Positions 27,590-37,559 of a stretch of DNA of 64,000 nt are shown here, piece by piece (positions within the stretch are counted from its first letter, which is position 1; each line of letters begins with the position of its first letter). This DNA comes from Camelus dromedarius. Taxonomy: Eukaryota. The notes beneath the pieces are model-generated. The model searched no databases, was not told the DNA's origin, and saw only the letters and a program-made list of their open reading frames with translations. The position numbers and the translations under genes were made by a program. The stretch lies in the NCBI RefSeq assembly GCF_036321535.1, contig NC_087436.1:27592001-27656000 (forward strand), read 5' to 3'.

Positions 27590-30500
27590 TCCCCTTCCAT
27601 TCACTCCAGGTAACTTAAATGACTGAGTACTGAATTGTGTTGTTTGGGCAGTGAATTCTATGGGCGTGAGTATACTGCTATACTTCTTTTGCTATGAAAT
27701 CTGTTCCTTGTTTGGAAACATGTTCAGAACATCAGGACAATGAACAAGGCAATCAACAGGTCTTAGATGGCAATGCTGGCAGAATCACGGCCATCAGGGC
27801 ATAGAAATGGTGGTTACTAGAATAGATGCCTATAGAGAGGCCAAGTTGTTGCCTCTTGCATGACAGAAGACATCCAATGGAAAGAGTTCAACATAATCAA
27901 CTTGCCACCAGTGGGGTGAACGATCCCCCCGGGAGAATGGTGCCATAGCAGAGCATAGACTTGACTTCTGCTTTTTCCACGTCTGGCCTTCAGCCATGTC
28001 AGTAAACCAGATTTTGATGAGGACAAATTTTGTTTGTCGAGCTCATGCTTAACCTCAAACTCTGCTACCATGGCCACTTTGCACATAGATTCATCCCGTA
28101 AGCACCAGGATGGCTGATGATAAAAGCAGGCTAATACCCCAAAGATGAACCACATGGCCCACCTGAACATTGAGGGATCCCTCTGCAATGCAGCGATGTA
28201 TGTAAACTTTCATAAGGGCCACAAACATCTGCAAACTTGGTGCTCATTATGAGAAACCCAACCATATATTCCTTCAACATATCCTTTTGTCAAATCTCAC
28301 AATTTCTTTCTAGTCGCTTACTAACTAGCCAAACCAAGAGGCCTTGCAAATTATTTAGTTATGTCTTTTCTCCTTCCATGTGAAATGCATAACTGGATGT
28401 CCTGCTAAAATCCTGCCTCCAGAAGTATTTTCCTTTACCGTTGTCCTTTAGGGCCAGCCGTGCAAGGGGCTGAAGTGCTGTAAGAGCCTACGTCTACCTG
28501 ATGGCAGGATTTCATACCTGCCCAAGAAATACTTCTTCCCTCAACTCTTGACAGTTTATCGTTCCTGAGGTGGTAGTGCGGGAAAAGGCCAGAGCAGCTA
28601 TGCGCTGTGGGAGGTGTTGTGAGAGTCTGAGTCGTCCACTGAAAACTTGTTTCAGCCCTATTTGTGCACAGTCTCACCTCCATTTCATACTGCAGAGATG
28701 CTATTCACACCGAGTTTTGTGGGAGAAAAATAAATCAGTGCATAAGATGCTGCTTTGATCAAATACCACTTGGAGTCCCGAATAAATCATAAAATCACTA
28801 ACGAGGCCCAGGAATGAGACCTAAGAGGATTATTTATCAGCTAAGGAATAAATTATATGAAAACTCCTATGCTGTGATTCTCCTCTTAGGAATTGACTGC
28901 TACTTTGTACCCACCAGAAACGTGTGGGACACCATTGGATATGTTGTGCATAAGGTCTGCCAAGAAACTTGCACTGCAACCTGGACTTGACATACTTCTT
29001 TGGTTTTTCACACTCTTAGAAGCTAGAAATCTCTCAAATTACTGGAGGAATAGTTTGACGAAGCTCACCCAGATATGATACATTTTACTTCTAAAATCTT
29101 GAGAGGCTTACTTAACATTGTATCTCCTTCTAATTGGCAAGTGGTACAAGATGCAGTAAGTTATTTTCAAATTTAGAAGCTAGCCCCTTCCTCCTTAAAG
29201 GAGGGTTCACCAAAAGCAGCACCAGCATTACCCAGTAGCTTGTGAAGAATGCAGCATCTCAAGCTTTATCACAGACCTACTCTATCACAATATGCACATT
29301 TACAAAATCCTCCATGATTTGTGTGTATGCACATTTGAGCTTGAAAAGCATAGTACTTGACCACTAAATGGAATTTCACTATCATAGAAAACTCCTAAAT
29401 TTTGAGGTTTTACCTTTCACCCTTAGGCATATATGTTTTGCTAAAATATCTCAGTTATTTACTACCCCTACTCACCACATCAAAATATCATGACATTATT
29501 CATGGAGTTGGCAAGAGTGATGTTAAATGGCTTGTCTGGACAATCAATAACTCCATGCACCATATTTTGACAGACTAGAATAGAGGCATGGTCCTAAATT
29601 CGTATCATGAAGATCTACTGCTCTCCCTTTTCGTGAATGTAAGCTACTTCTGGAAGTCCTTGCTAATGTATGCGAAGAGTGATATAATTGCCAAGCCAAT
29701 AGCCCAAACTCATTTGCTCCAAGGTACCAAAACTAGAATGGTAGCTGCAACTGGATTCACCATTTCATTAAATTTAAGATGATGAAAAGCTATTTTCCTG
29801 CTAACCATCAATGTAGTAGATAGTATCACCCTCAAATATTGGATAGTTTTGTCTTTGCTTTACTCCTTTGATAGGAAGGGTCAGGTCCAGGGGTTCTTAA
29901 GTGACTCTTCCTAACAATAATTAAAACACTCAGTGTCCTGGGGATTATATTCATTGTTGTGTATAATCCCTTTTAAGAACTAGGGGAAAGCAGAAGATTG
30001 ACAGGTAAATCTAATTGGCCTACTCTTAATATAAAAACTCTAAAACCTCTCTGATCACCAGAGAACTCTGATGTTCATTGGGCCATACGCTGAAAGATGG
30101 ACCACCCAGTGTCAACCCAGAGAGATAGTATCTAACAATCCTCCCAAAGTATGAATATTTACATTTCCTCAGAACAAAGTCAACTGGTATCATCTGCTAA
30201 GTCCCTCTGAGGAAGGCTTAAAAAGAGATCTACAATACACATTTATGTCAATAGAGCCAGATTCTTCTTCAATTGAAACTAGGCTATTTCGCAAAGCATT
30301 TTGGGCCTATGAATTCGTTTGAATTTGGAAAGTTTTGCAAGACCTTCATTTTCGATTGCAATCATTCAAATTTGATGCCTACTCATCCACTTCAGGAAAA
30401 AAAATATATTTCTAATTATACAGGCCAAATTATGTTTTATTACTCTACACAACTATTTCTCTACATTCCTGATATAGGTTGTTAAGGCCCTGATATAAAT

Positions 30501-30770
30501 TGTTAAGATCATGGAACACATTTACTTAACTCACTATGTCTCCCTGGGAAGACCTTTTAATTCTTCTCTTCCCTCCAGGTACACAGGAATCTGACCTCTA
30601 GTTATAAGCCTGGTGGCGATGAGGAGATGAAGTGAATCTTGGGGAGACTGGGTGGTCCATTGGAAGGCAAAGTCCCCAGGAGAGGGGCTCCAGAGTTTTC
30701 AGGCAGAGAAAGGCCAGTTTCCTTCCAAGTGGAGGGAGAACTGAGCCAGAAGAAGGAAAGGAAATAAACC
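27590..30770 (-). mobile_element. Decayed ERVL/MaLR internal region (gag-pol remnants)
   Basis: Minus strand 27910-27878 translates WWQVDYVELFP, preceded by a frameshifted YGTI, matching ERVL integrase YGTIP...WWQVDYIGPLP. RNase H-like LQPL...KDNGKGK text near 28420-28480. The right extent is less certain. Confidence 0.7.
29195..29355. mobile_element. MER5-type hAT-Charlie DNA transposon relic
   Basis: CAGCATTACCCAGTAGCTTGTGAAGAATGCAGCATCTC...AGACCTACT...ATGCACATTTGAGCTTGAAAAGCA. Confidence 0.7.
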
Positions 30771-31180
30771 TCAATACTTTCACTGTGCATGTATTGAATT
30801 ATAACTTGAGACTAATTTATTCATAGCTTAAATGATTTTGTGGAATAAATAGGAATGTGTCAGAAAAATGCATTTATTTTTCTCCTTGGAAATAGTCAGA
30901 AATTTAGAGAGAATTAAAAAAAACACAGGTATCTTCTTGACACTTTCAAGATTTCTATTTATAATAAAGATTAATATGTCTGCAGAAATAATAAACAGAC
31001 TTGATTATGATATGCTGTATTAGTTATATTTACTAATAAAGAGAGGAGCTATATTCTGAAATCTTTCTCTTCTAAATGTTCTTGTTGCATTTTTAGGAAT
31101 AAGAAAATGCTTATTTCCTTTTTCAAGTAAATAAATTGTAACCGGCCCATTACCTGAAGCAGCCATAAGACTAAACTCCC

Positions 31181-31310
31181 ATCCCCTCCTCCTGTCACAG
31201 CCCAGGGTCTATGCATCCCCTCCTTACTGTCATAGATCAAGTTCTGAGGGTCCCTTCCCTGTTGTCACAGCCCGGGGCCTGAGTGTTCCCTCCTTCCTCT
31301 CACAGGCTGA
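31181..31310. repeat. Degenerate 35-bp minisatellite, ~4 copies
   Basis: Core TGTCACAG variants at 31193, 31228, 31263 and 31298 (exact 35-bp period), each preceded by CCCCTCCT-like text. Confidence 0.85.
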
Positions 31311-32279
31311 GGGCCCTTGGTGGTAGGCTAGGGTTAAGGCACTGGACTTACTGGGTACCGAGGACCCATCACCCCAACAGAAAGGAGAACCCACTTTAAC
31401 CACAATCAACCACTTCTAAGGAGATACAAATGAAGATTGGGGGGTCAGAACTGTGTCCCGTACTGGAAAGCTTGGTGATGTAGAAGCCCCCTCTCCACTG
31501 CAAATCCTGGGTCTTCACCTGTCCATCCACCTGAACTCCCTCTTGAGCCTCTGTGCCTCAGTTTCCCCGGCTGTGAGGTGAACTAAGGCCCTCTCAATGA
31601 TGCTGAAGGTGACCTGAAAGTCCAGAAATCTCCTCACCCTCTGTGTCTAGGAAATGGCTTCCTGCAAAGACCTTTCCCCACAAAGACTCAGCCGAAACTC
31701 ATGGTCCCCCGTTTTCTGACCTGGCCACACAGACGCAGTCCCTCCCAGCCAGGAGTTGACCTGCTCTTTCCCAGGATCAGCCAGAACAGGGGCTGGTTAC
31801 ACACAAGTTCCCTCCTCGCCAGCCAGAACTGCAGCCCCTGCCCTCTGCCTGAGCAGACGCGCTGCTCAGGGCACCTCCTGAGTCAGGGCCTCTGGTCCAC
31901 GTGCTGTCAAGCCACCTTTCACGCCAACTCCAGGCCTGGGCCTTTATATTTGTGTTGACTTCTCTCCACTGAGAAACCTCCTTGCCCCCAACTCTCCAGA
32001 TGCTTGCAGACCTTGTCACCTGACCACTGAGTGTCCTGTCCCCAGACCTGTTTCTTCAGAATTTGGGTCATTTTGTATAAAGTCCCTCCTCCTCCCATTT
32101 TCCCCAGCCTGAGGTGGTGGTGAGTTCACCAACTGTGGGAGGAAAACCATTCAGTCCTCTCAGACACCAGTCCTGTAGTTGCCAGGCACACACCTCCTCC
32201 CAGGTGCACAGGTGTGGGTCAGCTGTCCTCTCCCTTGACTGCAGACCCTAGCTCTCTGGTTTCCAAGTACAGACTCAGG

Positions 32280-33400
32280 AGTGCTCGGCACTAGTGCAAA
32301 CCCAGGACGGCCCAGGCAATTCCAATTCCCACTGCAGCTCCAACCCCGAGCACTGGGACAGCACACCTGAGCGCAAGCCGGGGCAGGTGCACACCCTGAC
32401 GCCTCCCCCACGGAGCGCGCGCCCTGCCTCAGCTGGATCCACTCAACTTCTCGCTTTCTCAATCAACATGGGACTCGGGAGCACTAGGGGCGAATTTCAC
32501 AAAACGCAGAGGGTGCAGGGTGAGTTAAGTGTCCAGACCCACTGACCCATCCTGGCCAGGTAAGCCACCTGAACCGCCCACGTATGACTCCAGAGGGACG
32601 CCCCTTCTGTCCCCACACACAATTGCAGGTGGTGACTGGCACGCAGTAAACACTCAGGGAATAGTTCTCAGGTGAGTGAATGGATGGAAGTGCACATAGC
32701 TGGCAAACCCACGGGCCATGTTCACATCCACCTCACCTGGGCCCGGAACGCGCACCTATCTCCTCAAAAGCTCGGTGCTGACAACAGCCAGTCCCCTGAA
32801 CCCTCAGTGGGCCCCCAAACGCTTGCTGGGCCCACAAACGCTGACCCACACAAACCCGCCGCAAAGGCCCTCTGCGCGGGGACACTAGCCTGTGAGGGAC
32901 GCTTACCCCTCCTCCCTACCCCACCCTCGCCGTGGGCCCCGGCCCTCAGCCCCTCCTGCTGCTCCTCCAGCCTCTGGGTCCTGGGGAGCAAGGAGGGTAC
33001 AGGACCTGCGGGACCCGGACGCGGACCACCCTTGACGCCCCCCCCCCACCTCCGCCCCCACCCAGGAAGGCGCCTGCCGCATCTCGCCGGGGACTCTGGA
33101 TTCAGACAGACTTGGCACTCACCGCAGCCGCGGCTCCCACCTCCTCTCCGGGCCTCTCCCGCCGCCGGCGCCTGAGGCGCGTCCTAAATCACTCTCGGCC
33201 ACGTGACTGCAGGCCACGCCCACTCCCGAGGAGCCGGAGGGGAGGAGGAAGTGGCGGAGCGCCTCCCAGAGCTGACTTGCCCCAACCCCAGGACTGGAGG
33301 CAACCCTCCAACTCCAGAGGGGACTTGACTGTGGCGACTACACTGCCTGGCTGGGAGCCACACGTCCTCACAGCCAACGGTCTGCAGGGACCTGACCCTC
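32280..33400 (-). promoter_or_regulatory. CpG island/promoter with candidate minus-strand first exon (~33200-33123)
   Basis: Dense CpG and high GC. E-box CACGTG at 33200-33205, SP/KLF box GGCCACGCCC at 33212-33221, ETS GGAAGT at 33247-33252. Consensus donor GCG|GTGAGT at 33122-33117 on the minus strand. Confidence 0.75.
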
Positions 33401-33401
33401 A

Positions 33402-33582
33402 CAGGGTACATGAGGATGTTCTGATTGTGACCATGGCATCTAGAGGTCAGATTCAGATGATAGGGTGTGAGAATGCACTAAGTGTGACCACAGGGTCCAA
33501 GGGTCAGAGGATGGGGACATCAGGACGTCCTGAGTGTGTCCACGGTGCCCAGCGGTCAGAGGACAGGTATGTGAGGATGACC
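33402..33582. repeat. Degenerate ~52-57 bp tandem repeat, ~3.3 copies
   Basis: GGTCAG anchors at 33445, 33502 and 33554, each preceded by GAGGATG...TGTGACCA-like text. Confidence 0.75.
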
Positions 33583-35659
33583 GTGCTCTGGCCACCGTCC
33601 ATCATTGCAGTCACTGGACCCCAAGGCCAGAGCAAACAAGACTGTCACCCCAGGGCTGGGCTGCACCATCCCTTAGACGTCCATGCCTGTGACCTCTGAG
33701 CATGTTGGCCAGCAAGAGCCCAGGTCCTCCACCAAAGTGCTAGCCCTTCTGTCCTGAGTGCCCCTCGTCCCGGCACTGACCACACAGCCCAGGAGGGTCG
33801 GTCCCTAGCATCGGTCATCTACTCAGAGAAGGGCCTGGTACACCTGTGTCCCCCATACTGGCTGGAGGCCAACGGAAGAGTGGACAAATGTTGGGGCAGC
33901 TCAGAGGGCTGACTGGGTTGAGTTCTCCAGGTGGTCTCTCTCCTCCTCTGACCAGCATCCTCAGCCCTCAGTCACCACTGCAGATGGGCTTGGGGCAAGC
34001 TGTCCTCTTACGAGGACAGAGGCTCAGCCTCCCAACAGCACCAGTTGGCTCCTCACTTCCTTCCCCCATCCAAACTCAGACCCCATCGGCTCCCTCCCTC
34101 CTTCCCCCCAATTCCCACCCCTCACATTTCCTGCCCCTCCTCCCTCTGTTTCCTTCCCTCCCTCCCACCCTCACTGCCCCGCCCTCACTGCCCCGGGCTC
34201 TCCTCTCTGCCCCTCTTCACAGCTCAGGGCCCCAGGTGGAGACCCCTCCCCTGTTTCCCGCTGATTGCAGAATAGTCTCTACCACCCTCCCTCCCATCTG
34301 AGCAAAGCTTCCTGACAGCTGGCTTCCTATGTGAGTTCTCCTCCTGCCCTTCCCCCTCCTACCTCCAGCGGGCAGAATTGTGGCCCAAAGTTGTTCAAAT
34401 CTCCAGAGGTGGGCTCTGCACCCAGGCAGCCCCAGCCATGTCCCCAGGCATGAAGAACTTGGTGCTCTCACTAGCCAGCTTTCATTTACTCTCTGTCGAC
34501 GTTTATCTGTTTCTGTCTTCAGGTTTGGGGTTTGGGGGCCGACTGACTTCGACAGGAGACAGTCTTTGTAAAGTGGTGAAAGGTTTACAAAGCAGACCAG
34601 AGCAGGAGCTCCTCCAGATCTGGAATTCCAGCTGACTGGGAGGTGCACACACAGTCCTGGCTACAGTGTCTGGGGGCATGAGTTTGCCTCCACCCTGGAG
34701 CAGCTCCTGGATGCCCGATTTAGGTGTCCTCCACCCCAGTGCCCAGCTAACCATTCCACTTCATGCTCAAATTTCCAGTGGAGCCCCACTGTCACCAACT
34801 GTCCTCTGGTAACACCCAGGCACACAGGTGACTGGGGCTGCATTAAAATGCTTAACACTGATAGAAACAAATGATAAAAGCACTCACATTCAAATAAGTA
34901 GGTTACCATTTTTCCCGGACCAAGTAAATGAAAGTGAAACTACAAGGCAGCACTGGTGGTGGGTAGAGGGACGGGAACCACAGACAAGGCTGCAGGACAA
35001 ACTCCCCAGCGGGGATGGGGGTGGGGGTTGTCCAAATGGATCTTACATTCTGGAAGTTCTTAAAATGTTTTCCCGGAGAGAACTCATCCAAGGAGACCAA
35101 TAAAAATGCAGATAGAGGCTGCATGTAGAGGCGTTTACTGCAGCATCAGGAAAAACAGATGATATCACTTTGGGCAGATTTAAGTCCTGACAGATGAGGC
35201 CAGCAGAGACCCACAGCCACTACGTGGAGTTTTTTAAAGATATGGGGGAAATTCTGGCATGCGATTCATTTCACGTTTATTATTTTTAAATGCACTAGTG
35301 GTATTTTGGATAACTGGCCACTGCGCTAAACTATTATTAGTTGCAATAAGGTTTAAGTTTCATTCTCCTAGATTTTCCAGGCAGGTAGTCATCTGACCTG
35401 TGAAATAATGATAAATTTGCCTCCTTTTTTCTGATATGACAGTGACACGTCCATGTGCCCTGTCCAGTAGTTTCCAGGTAAAGAGGAATATGACAGCTGC
35501 TACCTTTGACTGCCCTGTTCCTGAATTTCACCACAAGGCTGTGATTTCATACTAATAATGGAAAGACTTGCTACATCATGTGGAGGAAGTATAGTTCTCT
35601 TTGAAAGACAGTAGAATCCCCGTCTTTAATTTAGTTTTCCATTAAACATTGACATTCTC

Positions 35660-35848
35660 TTTTGGAGAATGGGGAGTTAATGTTTAATGGAATTGAGTTT
35701 CTGTTTGGGATGATGGAAAAGTCCTAGGGATGGACAGTGGAGATGCTTCCATAACATCATGAATGCACTTAATGCTGCCAAACTGTACATTTAAAAATCG
35801 TGAAGTGGTAAATTTTGTTATGTGTATTTTACCACAATTATAAAACTA
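35660..35848 (+). mobile_element. L1MB-type 3' UTR end
   Basis: GGGAGTTAATGTTTAATGG...TGGGATGATGGAAAAGT...TTATGTGTATTTTACCACAAT. Confidence 0.8.
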
Positions 35849-37316
35849 TCAAGAGTTGATGTAGAGTTTTAGCAATTGTCTTTCACCATCTGTTGACATG
35901 AATGTGAGGTGATTCTTGCTTTTGCTCAGTTGATGTAACAGTATTTTAGTAAGTGCCCTAACACAGGGCCCCCTTGCTTTCTGCGGTGACCTTGTGTGGC
36001 TGAGTGTCAGGACTGTGACCTGCTGTGGACCCCACCTCCATGCCTTCTACTTAGGACTTGGCAAAGATATTCATAATGACATGGGTTTGGAGTTGCCTTT
36101 TCCTGTTTCGCCATCTTTTAGTATCGATATTACCTTTGAAAGTGGAAATAGGGGGCATTTCATCTCCATGCTCTGCAAGAGATTGAATAGACAGCAGTAG
36201 TCTGCTCCTCCCCCTCATCTGGGTGCCAAGCACACTGCCCAAGGGCAGCTGTTTGATGTGAATCTTCCAAGCTATTCTCTGTTTAGATGTGCACTTGTTC
36301 TTGGGGAAATTACTGTAATTCCCACTTTCCTTAAATTTTTCCTATTTTTTTAAGAGATTCAAACATATTGGCACAAGATCCCACATAGTCTTAATCAGTT
36401 CATGATTTTAAAGAATCTCCTCTATGAATGTGGTTATATTTCCTTCTCTTTCTCCCCCAAATTGTGTAATTGTGTTTCTCAATTAGCTTTGCTAAAGATT
36501 TGTGTGTGTCTACATACGTATGTAAATTTCAGGATATACCAGCTTATGTATTCTATTACTTTATGTTGTGTGATCCATTTTGCATTATCTGTTGTTAACC
36601 TATTAGACAACAGCATGTACATAAGATGCTGTTATTAATCTTTTGCTTTCTTTAGGTTTTGCTTTTTCTACATTTCTGGGTTGGCATTCTATAAGTGCTG
36701 AAATATTTTAGCCTCATTTACCTTGATTTCTGTAAGTTGGTTAGTATGAGTGATTTCCTTTCTCATGCAGCCCTCAGTCGGGCTCCCAGACAGAAGGGCC
36801 AGAGGCCCGGCCTCACCTGCAGCTTCCTCATTAAGCTGTGACCACTGGGAAGCAGGAGGAAGGCTGGACACATCTCCAGGCTGCTGTGTCCAGGGACCAG
36901 GCCCTGAAACACCTCCTGAGATGCTCTGTGGAGGGTTGTGACGGGGCAGACAAGCAGGAATTGTCCATCAACTGTCCTTCCTGCTGGCCTAGGGGACCCT
37001 CTGGCTGCCTACCAAGCCAGCCACTGAACAGTGTGGGTGCCTGTGGGTATGAGGCATCCCAGTGTCCACAGGGTTCAGGAGACAAATCTGAGCAGAGATG
37101 AACAAGAGCTGAAGGGGAGAGGGCAGATTTGAGTCAGAAATGTGCTTGCAGTAAAAGGGGGCCCAGCATGAAGGGACAACCATGGATTTGTGCAGAGGTG
37201 GCCGGTGCTTTAAAGGGAGGGTGAGGGAGAGGCGGGCAGGCAGTCAGAGACTAAAAACTCACACAGGATCAGTGAGTATAAGTGGGAGGAAGCAGTGGTG
37301 TCCAGTGGCAGTTACT

Positions 37317-37370
37317 GGGTAGGGGTTGGGGTTAGGCTTAGGGTTGGGGGTTAGGCTTAGGGTTAGTGTT
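37317..37370 (+). repeat. Interstitial telomere-like repeat, degenerate (TTAGGG)n
   Basis: TAGGGG TTGGGG TTAGGC TTAGGG TTGGGGG TTAGGC TTAGGG TTAGTG. Confidence 0.8.
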
Positions 37371-37559
37371 AAAGACAAGTAATAACATAAGGTAATGTAA
37401 ACTGTATAAGTTCCATAGTAACAAATAACAAAACTAATACAAACAGAAGGGAAAGAGAAGCACTCAAACTCACTAATTAATACATAAGTAATAAATGGAC
37501 AGAGAAGATAACATTTTAGATGAGAAAAAAAAGCTTATGTTGAGATAAATTCACAGGTG

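Noticed and set aside
31181..33582. CRISPR-like arrays
   Set aside because: Both repeats are contiguous degenerate tandem units without unique spacers, in mammalian DNA with no cas genes.
32672..34648. Long ORFs in the GC block (167, 255, 151 and 143 aa)
   Set aside because: Pro/Gly/Arg-rich low-complexity translations overlapping on both strands. These are expected from stop-codon scarcity in GC-rich DNA, and no domain is recognisable.
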